Positions 42,467-51,406 of a stretch of DNA of 51,406 nt are shown here, piece after piece. The notes under the pieces were generated by a model, which was not told where the DNA came from, searched no databases, and saw nothing but the letters and a program-made list of their open reading frames with translations. Both the position numbers and the translations under genes were made by a program. The stretch is from an uncultured bacterium (lineage in GTDB: Bacteria; Bacillota_I; Bacilli_A; RF39; UBA660), in assembly GCA_946643435.1 (NCBI GenBank), contig CAMPCD010000005.1:1-51406 (forward strand), given 5' to 3'. How positions within the stretch are numbered: the first letter of the stretch is position 1; the number at the start of each line of letters is the position of its first letter.

Positions 42467-44335
42467 TTAATTTTTTGAAAATTTGCTTCTTTTATTAACA
42501 ATTAAACTTGTACCAATAAGTCCTACAATACTTAATATTAATATTATAAAATATGTTGTAATATTATCACCAGTTTTTGGATTTGTTGTTGTAGAAGTAG
42601 TTGCTGAACTTGAACTATTATTGTCAGTTTGAGTACTTGTCTTTGTTGCTATTGCATAGTTTGAGAAACTATCAGTATAGAAAGTAATTGTATTAGTTTC
42701 TGGATCATAAGATTCAATTTCAATTATTTCAAACTCATCGCCATCGTCAATATTATGGACAATAACTAAATTGCTTACATCAACACCTTCCTCAAGTTGT
42801 AATGTAATTAAAGCTTTATTATTTAAATGATGTATTTGTTCAGACCAAACATCATCAGCAGTACCTTTATATAAAACTTTATTTAAATTAATATCTAAAT
42901 AAGAATTAATTTTTAAATTACTTCCTGCTGCCTCATTAAAATCTTTTATCTTATCTGATGTTAATTCTACATCATCTACTGATAATTGAACTGTACCTGA
43001 GTTAATTTCGTTATTAGCAATTTCAATTGTACCACTAGATACTTTATCAGAGTTTGCCAATACTTCATCATCAACTCTTGTAACTTCTGCTTGGAAGTAT
43101 CCAGCTGTTCCATCAGCAACTGTTACTGTAAATTCAGATACCCCAGAATTAGTAGTTGTAAAATTACTTCCACCATTAACACTTGTAACTTGATATCCAT
43201 AATCTGGAACAACTCTCATAGTTATTTGTGCATTTCCAGGAAGAGTTAAACTTCCATCATCATAATCAACATCAGCCAAAACACCATAACTTAAGAATCC
43301 ATCATCAGATGATGCATTCATGAAGTCTCCTTCTCTTTGTAATTTTCCTTCAAGATTTTCTTCTGTAACTGTATATTCTGTATTTCCTACTGTATAAACT
43401 GCTTTTACAAATTCTAATGTTGAATGTCCTATATAATCATGACCTCCAGCTTGAGCTGGATCAGCTGTCCATAAGAAAGTAGCTAAATATTTTGAACCAT
43501 TATTCTCACCATGTTTAACAACAACATTATAAGAATCTGCTTTTGCAACATTTGGTATATTAAATGCTACTGATTGAGTTCCGTGATTTGCTATTAACCA
43601 TTCAGTTCTATCATCAAAATCAAGATAATCACTAACATTATAAGATACTCCATTAATAGTTATATTATCATAAAATCTGTTTATCCATAATGTTTCAAAA
43701 GTAAATGTTACTGTAGTGTCAGAATTAGCAGCATTATATTGAATAGTATTACTATGATCCCATCTAAAACCATTTATAGAAATTTCAACCTTATCATCAT
43801 AATTTACATTATTTCCTCTAATTTGGTATGAACCAGCACCTGCAGAAACTGTAATTGCTGCTTCTGTATTAGTATTTTGTTGTGGATCATTACCTGGGTT
43901 TTGATTTTGTGTGTCATTAAATATAGCATCTATATTTATAACTTGATTTGGAACTATATTATTTAATGAAATTGTACTTCCATTACTGTTAGTTCCATTT
44001 TGCCACAATTCGCATGTGTAATTAGCATCTGCTGTACAATCTATTGTTACATTTCCTGCTCCATAAACTGTATTATTTCCATCAGAATATAAACCTGCTC
44101 CAGATATTCTAAGACTTCCATGCTCATAAGTTGCTATTACTTCATTAGAATTGTCCTTATCCTCTAATGTTGGATTCCCATTGATTTGAATAACACCATA
44201 AGTACTAGGGTCTGCTGGGGAAGCTGCAAATACTGTTGTAATTGGTAGCACATAATTCAATAGCATTGAAAATGCCATTAACAAAGCCATTGTCTTTTTA
44301 GGTAATTCTTTTAAACTCCTTTTGAATTTTTTCAC
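42467..44335 (-). CDS. Cell-wall-anchored surface protein (sortase substrate)
   Basis: Signal peptide ending VFA; S/T-rich stalk; NPKTGD followed by a hydrophobic helix and basic tail. Confidence 0.85.
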   Translation of the reverse strand: MKKFKRSLKELPKKTMALLMAFSMLLNYVLPITTVFAASPADPSTYGVIQINGNPTLEDKDNSNEVIATYEHGSLRISGAGLYSDGNNTVYGAGNVTIDCTADANYTCELWQNGTNSNGSTISLNNIVPNQVINIDAIFNDTQNQNPGNDPQQNTNTEAAITVSAGAGSYQIRGNNVNYDDKVEISINGFRWDHSNTIQYNAANSDTTVTFTFETLWINRFYDNITINGVSYNVSDYLDFDDRTEWLIANHGTQSVAFNIPNVAKADSYNVVVKHGENNGSKYLATFLWTADPAQAGGHDYIGHSTLEFVKAVYTVGNTEYTVTEENLEGKLQREGDFMNASSDDGFLSYGVLADVDYDDGSLTLPGNAQITMRVVPDYGYQVTSVNGGSNFTTTNSGVSEFTVTVADGTAGYFQAEVTRVDDEVLANSDKVSSGTIEIANNEINSGTVQLSVDDVELTSDKIKDFNEAAGSNLKINSYLDINLNKVLYKGTADDVWSEQIHHLNNKALITLQLEEGVDVSNLVIVHNIDDGDEFEIIEIESYDPETNTITFYTDSFSNYAIATKTSTQTDNNSSSSATTSTTTNPKTGDNITTYFIILILSIVGLIGTSLIVNKRSKFSKN

Positions 44336-44480
44336 AAATATTCCTCCTCTTTGTAATATTTAGTATATTTTATCATGCTTTTAATTCTTTTTATATAAAT
44401 ATATTAAATGTTACTTAATTGTCATTGACTTTTGTGTAATTTGTTATTATGCTTAGAAAAGGAAATGTAAAGGTGATTGT

Positions 44481-46235
44481 ATGAACTTTAATGATAAACT
44501 AAATGAATATATTGAACTTATTGGTTGTACTAATAAACAATTATCAGATATAACTGGTATTGCTCCACCTATCATAAGTGGATATAGAAAAGGAAATAGA
44601 ATTCCTAAATATGATAGTGCTCAATTTAAAAATTTAGTTAATGGTATTGTTACTTTATCTAAAGAAAGACAAATTGATAATATTACAAAAGAAAATGTTG
44701 AAATAAATCTTGGAAAATTTTTAAATAAAGAAAATATAAACTTTGAACTATTTAATACTAATTTTAATTTGTTAATTGATACTTTTAAAATTAATTTATC
44801 TGATTTATCAAAATTTCTTGGCTATGATTCTTCATTTGTATCTAAAATTAAAAATGGTATTAGAAAGCCACTTAATATATCTGATTTTGCTAATGGTATA
44901 TGCAAATTTATCATAAATAATTACTTAGATACTAGTAATGAATTAATAAAAGAACTGATAAAATGCGAGGACAAAGATTTTAAAGATATTGAAGTTATAA
45001 CTAATAAATTATATTATTGGCTTACAAACAATGTAAATAAAAATACAAATGATTATGATGTTAATAATTTTATTAAAAAATTAGATAATTTTGACTTAAA
45101 TGATTATATAAAATCTATTAAATTTGATAAGTTATTCACACCAACATTACCAAAATTAAAAACTAAATCACAACTATATTATGGTATAGATGGATATAAA
45201 AATGCTCAACTTGAAGTTTTAAAACAATCAGCATTTTTTAAATCAAAAGAAGATATATTTTGGTATAGCAATATGCCTATGATTGAAGCAAGTAAAGATC
45301 TAAAATTTACTAAAAAGTATATGATGTATTTAGCTTTTATTTTAAAAAAAGGTATAAGATTAAACATAATACATGATTTAGATAGACCATTTAAAGAGTT
45401 AATGTTAGGACTTGAAGGATGGATACCATTATATATGACTGGTCAAATAAATCCTTACTATTTTAAAAATAATTCCAATTACTTATATTCAATTATAGAA
45501 TGTGTATCTGGAAATGCAATTTTACATGGGCAATGTGTAACTGGTAATTTAGATAAATGCAAATTATTAGTTAGTACAAAAAAAGATGATATTAATTATT
45601 ATAGAGAAAATAGTAATCTTCTACTAAAAAAAGCAAATCCATTGATGAACATCTATACACTAGAAAAGAAAAACGAATTTATAAAAATATATAACAATAA
45701 TTTAAATATTAAAAATAAAAGAAATAATATACTATTAAATCTACCTTGTTATACAATTTCTGATGAATTATTAAATAAAATATTAGATCACAACAAAGTA
45801 AGTAAAAACGATAGAAATATGATATATGAATGGATTAAAAATGAAAAAGATAATATAGGTGACATATTATCTAATACAACTATTATAGATAAAATAAAAA
45901 TTTTATCAGAAGAGGAATTTAAAACTAATGCATGTTTTTTAGATCTATCTAAATATTACTATGATAAAAAAATAATATATAACTACGATGAATATTTAGA
46001 ACACATAGAATTAACAAAAAAATTCAAGAAAGCCAATAAAAACTACAATTATAAAATAAATAATAAAAATGTTTTTAATAATATTAATATATATATTATA
46101 GAAAATAAACAAGTTATTATTTCTAAAATTAACAATCCAATTACAAATTTTGTTATATATCATCCTATGTTAATAAATGCTATACAAAATTTTGTTGCTC
46201 CAATAAATGAAAATGCTACTTCTACTAAGAAATAG
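44481..46235 (+). CDS. Large XRE-family transcriptional regulator (two HTH-like segments plus a C-terminal domain)
   Basis: NKQLSDITGIAPPIISGYRKGNRIP and LSDLSKFLGYDSSFVSKIKNGIRKP; divergent from the surface-protein gene. Confidence 0.8.
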   Translation: MNFNDKLNEYIELIGCTNKQLSDITGIAPPIISGYRKGNRIPKYDSAQFKNLVNGIVTLSKERQIDNITKENVEINLGKFLNKENINFELFNTNFNLLIDTFKINLSDLSKFLGYDSSFVSKIKNGIRKPLNISDFANGICKFIINNYLDTSNELIKELIKCEDKDFKDIEVITNKLYYWLTNNVNKNTNDYDVNNFIKKLDNFDLNDYIKSIKFDKLFTPTLPKLKTKSQLYYGIDGYKNAQLEVLKQSAFFKSKEDIFWYSNMPMIEASKDLKFTKKYMMYLAFILKKGIRLNIIHDLDRPFKELMLGLEGWIPLYMTGQINPYYFKNNSNYLYSIIECVSGNAILHGQCVTGNLDKCKLLVSTKKDDINYYRENSNLLLKKANPLMNIYTLEKKNEFIKIYNNNLNIKNKRNNILLNLPCYTISDELLNKILDHNKVSKNDRNMIYEWIKNEKDNIGDILSNTTIIDKIKILSEEEFKTNACFLDLSKYYYDKKIIYNYDEYLEHIELTKKFKKANKNYNYKINNKNVFNNINIYIIENKQVIISKINNPITNFVIYHPMLINAIQNFVAPINENATSTKK

Positions 46236-46243
46236 CATTTTTT
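46210..46243. terminator. Bidirectional terminator between convergent genes
   Basis: AAAATGCTA...TAGCATTTT inverted repeat with T tract. Confidence 0.6.
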
Positions 46244-46248
46244 AATAA

Positions 46249-46270
46249 TCATAATATCTTTTTCTTCCGA
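46249..46270 (-). repeat. 22-bp quasi-palindromic site, copy D
   Basis: TCGGAAGA-AAAAGA-TATTATGA, extended by TAA/TTA to 11-6-11; lies between convergent genes. Confidence 0.65.
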
Positions 46271-46274
46271 TTAT

Positions 46275-47780
46275 TTAAAATAATGGTGCTAATAATCTAA
46301 GTACCGCTTGCCACAAATTCTTGAAGAATCCTACTTTAACATCTTTATCTTCAAGTCTATGGCAATCCTTTAATGTTTCTTCAAAATCACTAATTATCTC
46401 TTTTATCTCACTATTATTTTCTAAATAAATACCGTTTTCAAAATGTAAATATAAACTTCTATAATCCATATTAATCGTACCAACTACTGCTCTTATATCA
46501 TCAGATAAGAATACTTTTGAATGTACAAATCCTTTGCTGTATTTATAAATTTTTACTCCATTATCATGTAATATTTTAAAGAAAGATGAAGATAAAGTAT
46601 AAACTATTTTTTGATCTGGAATACCCGGAACTATAATTCTAACATCTACTCCTCTTTTTGCAGCTCTAATTAAAGAATTTACCATCTCTGAATCAATTAT
46701 TAAGTAAGGTGTCATAATGTATAAATAATCCTTAGCACTATTAATCATATTTAGATATACATCTTCTCCAATTAAATCAGAATGGAATGGTCCTACTCCA
46801 TATGGAATTACATATCCATCATTTTTAATTTGATTTTTAAAATCATATTTGAATTCTAGAATGTTTTTATCAGTTTTAATATTTGCATTCCACATAGTTA
46901 AAAACATTACAGTTAAATTCCATATTCCTTCTCCAACAATTTTAATTCCATTGTCTTTCCATACTCCAAGTTTACTATTTATATTGATATATTCATCACT
47001 TAAATTTACTCCTCCAGAAAAAGCAACTTTTCCATCAATAATTGTCATTTTTCTATGATCTCTATTATTCATAAAAACACCTTTAAATGGAGATAATTTA
47101 TTAAATGGAATACATTTGATACCATAACTAGCTAATTCTTTAGGATATTTTGTAGTAAGCATAGATAAACTTCCCATATCGTCATATAAAATTCTAACAT
47201 CAACACCATTTTGAGCTTTTTCTTTTAATATCTCTAAGATGCCATTCCACATTGTACCTTTATTAACTATAAAATATTCCATAAATATAAATTTTTCAGC
47301 TTTTTTTAATTCTTTTAATAATTCAGGATAAAACTTTTCTCCAAAATTATAATAAGTAACTTTATTATTTTTACTAATAACAAATCTAGTTCTGTTAATT
47401 AAGTAATTTATATTATCTAGTTTATTATCCTCAATTTCTTTTATTATTTTAGAATCCTGTTCTAAGTAATTTTCATAATCTTTTTCTTTATTCAAAATAT
47501 TTTTTAATAATTTATTTTTTTGATAATTTTTTCCTATTGTAATTAATAAAATTGTACCGAATATAGGAAATATTAAAATTAATATAATCCATGGTAAATC
47601 ATTAGATAAATGAATGCTATCTTTCAATATACCTAAAACTATTAGTACACTTAATACACTATAAAAGATTGTAATTATTCCTATATATTGATAAAAGAAT
47701 AATCTTATTATAATTGCAAATCCAAATTGTAATACAATTCCTATAAAAACAATTAAAGCTCTTTTTATAGCATTCAACAT
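46275..47780 (-). CDS. cls: Cardiolipin synthase
   Basis: N-terminal TMs; two HKD motifs (DHRKMTIID, VHSKVFLSD); GTINMDYRSLYLHFE. Confidence 0.92.
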   Translation of the reverse strand: MLNAIKRALIVFIGIVLQFGFAIIIRLFFYQYIGIITIFYSVLSVLIVLGILKDSIHLSNDLPWIILILIFPIFGTILLITIGKNYQKNKLLKNILNKEKDYENYLEQDSKIIKEIEDNKLDNINYLINRTRFVISKNNKVTYYNFGEKFYPELLKELKKAEKFIFMEYFIVNKGTMWNGILEILKEKAQNGVDVRILYDDMGSLSMLTTKYPKELASYGIKCIPFNKLSPFKGVFMNNRDHRKMTIIDGKVAFSGGVNLSDEYININSKLGVWKDNGIKIVGEGIWNLTVMFLTMWNANIKTDKNILEFKYDFKNQIKNDGYVIPYGVGPFHSDLIGEDVYLNMINSAKDYLYIMTPYLIIDSEMVNSLIRAAKRGVDVRIIVPGIPDQKIVYTLSSSFFKILHDNGVKIYKYSKGFVHSKVFLSDDIRAVVGTINMDYRSLYLHFENGIYLENNSEIKEIISDFEETLKDCHRLEDKDVKVGFFKNLWQAVLRLLAPLF

Positions 47781-47882
47781 ATAATCATCTCCATAACATT
47801 TGTATTTCGAATATTATTATACCATACTTTTCTATGGTTCTTACTCATCGTAATATTATAAAAAAAGGAAAAGATTTCCAAT

Positions 47883-47904
47883 TCCTAATATCTTATTATT
47901 CAGA
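47883..47904 (-). repeat. 22-bp quasi-palindromic site, copy E (degenerate)
   Basis: TCTGAATA-ATAAGA-TATTAGGA. Confidence 0.5.
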
Positions 47905-47942
47905 GCAATCAAAAAGACTAGAATTTTTCTTTCTAATCTCTA

Positions 47943-47964
47943 TCACAATATCTTAATCTTCCGA
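47943..47964 (-). repeat. 22-bp quasi-palindromic site, copy F
   Basis: TCGGAAGA-TTAAGA-TATTGTGA. Confidence 0.7.
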
Positions 47965-47981
47965 TCTATTATATTCATATA

Positions 47982-48668
47982 CTAATGGCAAATTAATTTT
48001 CCTGTATTAGAATTTGCACCATAGATAGTACAACTTGTTTCATAATGTAAACTAGTGTATCCGTTAGTTTTTGTATCACCGTTATAACTACCATCTGTAC
48101 AAGTATAAGTATTCCCATCTGAAATAGTTTTACATTGACCATTAGTAAATATTTTGTTTAAAATGGCAATATTACTATTATGATATGCACCATTAGTAGA
48201 TCCTTCAATACAATATATTTTATTATCTTTTAATATGCATGCATATGCTCTTGATATTGTATTACCAGAAAGTACTAATCCAAAGAAATTATGTCTTTGT
48301 TTTCCTCCAGCTGTTTTTAAATTATTGATATCCTTTGTATAATCACTAGGAGATAAAGTGGCTCCTAAAGTTTTTGCTTTATCACCTTCATCACTAAAAT
48401 ATGCATATACACAACCATCACAATTAATTACTTCTTCTACAGTCACAGTTTTTTCATCTGTTGGACCATTATCATCATTATCAAATTCAATAATTTCATC
48501 ATCATCTACATAATTATTGTTTGAATTGTTTTGTTGATTGTTGTTTTCTTTTTCTTCATATTTTTGTTCTTGTTGCCCATTGTTATTTTGCTTTTCTCCA
48601 TTAGAACCACATCCAGTAACACTAAACAATAATATTAAAGAAAATAATAGCAGTAACATTTTTTTCAT
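47982..48668 (-). CDS. Cys-rich lipoprotein of unknown function
   Basis: Lipobox VTGC, N/Q-rich linker, eight further Cys in the C-terminal domain. Confidence 0.75.
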   Translation of the reverse strand: MKKMLLLLFSLILLFSVTGCGSNGEKQNNNGQQEQKYEEKENNNQQNNSNNNYVDDDEIIEFDNDDNGPTDEKTVTVEEVINCDGCVYAYFSDEGDKAKTLGATLSPSDYTKDINNLKTAGGKQRHNFFGLVLSGNTISRAYACILKDNKIYCIEGSTNGAYHNSNIAILNKIFTNGQCKTISDGNTYTCTDGSYNGDTKTNGYTSLHYETSCTIYGANSNTGKLICH

Positions 48669-48723
48669 AATAAGTTCACCTCATATATATAGTATATCAC
48701 ATAAAAAGAGAATATTTCTATTC

Positions 48724-48745
48724 TCCAAACATCTTAACCTTCCGA
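48724..48745 (-). repeat. 22-bp quasi-palindromic site, copy G
   Basis: TCGGAAGG-TTAAGA-TGTTTGGA, 4 nt after the 48750 stop. Confidence 0.7.
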
Positions 48746-48749
48746 TTAT

Positions 48750-49235
48750 TTATTTTTCGAACTTTACTGATATACTATCATTACCTAAATTTGGTAAATT
48801 ATCTATATGACCTATTTTTGTATAACTATATGATGTATCAAATGATTTGTAGAATATTACCAAACAATTATCTCCATATAGCATAACATCTCCAGCATTA
48901 ATTCTTTTTGGATTAGATGAATTTGTAGGCAATGTTGTATCTAAATAAATATATTTTTCATTACCGTTTAATTCCCTCATATTTAATTCTTGGGGTAATA
49001 AACTAACAAAACTATTAGCAGTTTCATTATCTTCTAAATTAATTTTATATTCTTTACCATTAATAATTGCTTTCACAGACTTAATCACCTCGTTCGAATT
49101 GTTTAATTCATAATTATTGTTTTCTTGTTGGCTAGTTTGAGTATCTTGAGTTTTAGTTTCATCTTTTTTTTGATTACAACCAACTATAATAAATAAACAA
49201 ATAATTATTAATAAACTATATACTATCTTTTTCAT
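48750..49235 (-). CDS. Cyclophilin-like-fold lipoprotein
   Basis: Lipobox IVGC; LEDNETANSF, LNGNEKY, GDVMLYGDNCLVIFY, YTKIG. Confidence 0.8.
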   Translation of the reverse strand: MKKIVYSLLIIICLFIIVGCNQKKDETKTQDTQTSQQENNNYELNNSNEVIKSVKAIINGKEYKINLEDNETANSFVSLLPQELNMRELNGNEKYIYLDTTLPTNSSNPKRINAGDVMLYGDNCLVIFYKSFDTSYSYTKIGHIDNLPNLGNDSISVKFEK

Positions 49236-49825
49236 TATTTCAAATTATTCCTTATAAATTTTTCTATTTTATCAAATGGTATAACTTCTAAGTTATCATA
49301 TAAATCAGTATGAACTGCTCCTGGTATAATCATTAATTCTTTTCTATTTTGAATTCCTTTTATTCTTTCGGAAATCCACTTTTCATCAAAACCTTTTGTA
49401 CGATACAAATCTATAGATCTTTGTGTAGCTATTGAAGGATCAAATATTTCATCTATTCGTTCGCTACCTAGGTGTGCAAGCCATTGTTTAATAGGTTCAG
49501 CATTTTTGCTTGGTACTGATTCAATAAGTCTAAACATTCCTTCAATATCAACAACATCAGTTGCATAATATTTACCATCTGAAGATTTTAATTTCAGTTG
49601 GTGACAATTTGTCACCGACTCATTTCCTTCTTCTTTTAAACGCTGTTTTAACTTATTCCAATACTTTCTACCATCTTTACTTTCTGAAACTGCTCCTACA
49701 ATATCTGTAACACTTACATAATATTTTTCTTCATCTTTATCCCATACAGTTCTTATAGTTTTATCATTGAATAACTTATTTATCAAATACATTTTATCTT
49801 GATTCATTACTATCCTCCTTTTCAA
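49235..49825 (-). CDS. Chimeric ORF: BRO-N-like protein fused to the C-terminal end of an alpha/beta hydrolase
   Basis: IRTVWD...YWNKLKQRLKEEG...FRLIESVPSKNAEPIKQWLA (BRO-N type), then KELMIIPGAVHTDLYD...IPFDKI (hydrolase His loop). Confidence 0.7.
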   Translation of the reverse strand: MKRRIVMNQDKMYLINKLFNDKTIRTVWDKDEEKYYVSVTDIVGAVSESKDGRKYWNKLKQRLKEEGNESVTNCHQLKLKSSDGKYYATDVVDIEGMFRLIESVPSKNAEPIKQWLAHLGSERIDEIFDPSIATQRSIDLYRTKGFDEKWISERIKGIQNRKELMIIPGAVHTDLYDNLEVIPFDKIEKFIRNNLK

Positions 49826-50093
49826 CTATTTCTAATCTATAATTCATTGCTTCTAATAGTTTAGTAAATGTTCCAAGTGATATCGAATGTAGGTTTCTTT
49901 CCATTCTTGCAACTGTTGATCTAGCTATACCAACTCTATTTGCTAATTCAGATTGACTAATATTTGATTTATTTCTTAATTTTATATATTCACATATTAA
50001 ATCAAACTCGTTATCATTTATTATTTCAGCACTTATATTTTTCATAATCATTACCTCATATTTATTGTAGCATATATGCAACATATATATCAA
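49794..50093 (-). CDS. Small XRE-family HTH protein
   Basis: LRNKSNISQSELANRVGIARSTVARMER. Confidence 0.85.
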   Translation of the reverse strand: MIYMLHICYNKYEVMIMKNISAEIINDNEFDLICEYIKLRNKSNISQSELANRVGIARSTVARMERNLHSISLGTFTKLLEAMNYRLEIVEKEDSNESR

Positions 50094-50230
50094 TAAAAAA
50101 TTAAGTATATTTCAACTTAATTTTTGTAGTTATTAATTATTTTTCTTTGCTTTGATTGCAGCTAGTAAACCATAAAACTAATGATAACTCCATAAAGACT
50201 AAAATAACTTATTATATTTTGATATTATAA

Positions 50231-51049
50231 TTATTTTTTTGAATTATACTTATTAACTAACTGAAGTTTTTTTGCAGTTTTTCTGTATTCTAATCCGTCA
50301 CATATGAACGCATCAAGCCCACCATTAAATAATTCATCGCCAAAATTAAAACTGTTGTGATGTTCTTTAAGTAATGGAACATTATATTCACATAAAGTTC
50401 TAACAACTCTCATATCATTATCATAGCTATTAGATATAGCTAAATCAAGAGCAGAACCTTCTATTGGCTCTCTTGTCGCGAAGTCTCGTGCCAAAGGATT
50501 CGAAGCACTATACATTTTATTTATTCCACTTTCAAGTAATAATTTAATTATTCTAATTTGGTTATCATACATTTGTTTTCTTTCTTTAATTTTCCAGTAC
50601 ATTGAATTATAATTGTCTTGTAATTTTAATTTTTCAGATTTGCTAAAATTTAGTGAATCTTCATCTCTAGCCAAATTCCATGGAGCAAGTAAAAAGTTGT
50701 GTTCACACGTTTTCATAAGTGCATTACAATGATCTAAGTCTATCGCATTAACATCAATTCCATTTTCAAGTAAAATTTGTACTATTCTAAGATCACCTAA
50801 CATTGCCGCATAATGAAGTGCTGTTCTTCCATAACTAGTTTTTTGATTAATATCTATTCCATTTTTAATTAAGAATTGTATGTATTCTTCATTTATGAAA
50901 TTATTCCCAAATATAACTGAGTTAAGTAATAGAAAACTTCCTTCACAATTAATGTCTGCTCCCTTTTTTAATTCTTCTCTTAGCAATCCCAAATCACTAT
51001 CTTTTGCTGATTTAGTTAGTTTGACTACATTATTCATAATATCCTCCAA
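50231..51049 (-). CDS. Ankyrin-repeat protein
   Basis: GRTALHYAAMLGDLRIVQILLENGIDVN and related repeats. Confidence 0.85.
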   Translation of the reverse strand: MEDIMNNVVKLTKSAKDSDLGLLREELKKGADINCEGSFLLLNSVIFGNNFINEEYIQFLIKNGIDINQKTSYGRTALHYAAMLGDLRIVQILLENGIDVNAIDLDHCNALMKTCEHNFLLAPWNLARDEDSLNFSKSEKLKLQDNYNSMYWKIKERKQMYDNQIRIIKLLLESGINKMYSASNPLARDFATREPIEGSALDLAISNSYDNDMRVVRTLCEYNVPLLKEHHNSFNFGDELFNGGLDAFICDGLEYRKTAKKLQLVNKYNSKK

Positions 51050-51125
51050 TTGTACTTTGAAAATATCATAAATACTTTAAAAAAACAAGTGCTTGTTATA
51101 TATTCAAATTAATTTTTTTTTTCAC

Positions 51126-51157
51126 AAAAAAAGACTAGATTACTCTAGTCTTTTTTT
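51126..51157 (-). terminator. Intrinsic terminator
   Basis: A7-GACTAGA-TTAC-TCTAGTC-T7 hairpin; similar GACTA-stem hairpins occur at about 36795, 40626 and 42405. Confidence 0.7.
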
Positions 51158-51317
51158 ATTAATTATTTTTAGTTTTGAGTGCAGCTTGTATTGTTGCTTT
51201 CTAATGTAGGCGATAAAATATATTGTTTTAGGATTAAGTAAACTGTTTTATCTTTTTTTATGCTTAATTCTTTTTATTATTTCATTTATGCACAGAATTA
51301 TTTTTTTTAAAAATATC

Positions 51318-51406
51318 TCATTTATTATTATCTTCTTCGATATATTTAATTATTTTTCTTTGATTTCTTAATATTTCTTCCATCTTATCATGTAAATCTT
51401 CAAGTA
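51318..51406 (-). CDS. 3' end of a gene entering from the right edge (possibly DUF1003-like)
   Basis: Manual translation LEDLHDKMEEILRNQRKIIKYIEEDNNK-TGA; too short for a firm family call. Confidence 0.45.
   Translation of the reverse strand, partial: LEDLHDKMEEILRNQRKIIKYIEEDNNK

Noticed and set aside
41137-48745. CRISPR array or classical integron attC array
   Set aside because: Repeats are degenerate and separated by whole genes; no cas genes, no intI, no RYYYAAC/GTTRRRY ends.
49235-50093. Prophage, suggested by BRO-N and XRE genes
   Set aside because: No integrase, replication or structural phage genes nearby.
36795-51157. AAAAAGACTAG repeats as a mobile element
   Set aside because: Mostly arms of short hairpins with A/T tails after stop codons, best explained as a common terminator style.

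Overview
Very AT-rich bacterial DNA with almost all genes on the minus strand. T-box riboswitches, sigma-A-type promoters, a sortase substrate and Trp encoded as TGG point to a low-GC Firmicute (Bacilli, possibly an uncultured RF39-like lineage; this is inference). Left part (1-8.4 kb): lysS with a Lys T-box, an NlpC/P60 protein, asnA with an Asn T-box and an in-frame TGA, and a Fur-family-regulated metal ABC transporter. Centre (8.6-33.2 kb), the main finding: an apparently single 12-gene, ~24.6 kb operon encoding a divergent F-type ATPase. It has c, a b/delta-like fusion, alpha, gamma, beta and epsilon but no subunit a. The c subunit lacks the ion-binding carboxylate, and epsilon is fused to a response-regulator receiver domain. 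These genes run directly into a ~5-TM protein and five membrane-anchored surface proteins, including giants of 3511 and 1772 aa (FN3-like, beta-helix/GLUG-like, LamG domains); four of the five share a novel N-terminal domain. A hybrid sensor kinase lacking its phospho-His lies just upstream. This looks like a rotary ATPase repurposed away from chemiosmosis. Right part (35.4-51.4 kb): a cassette-like run of small accessory genes punctuated by a recurring 22-bp 8-6-8 quasi-palindrome resembling a tyrosine-recombinase site. All assignments are by eye from motifs; no searches were run.
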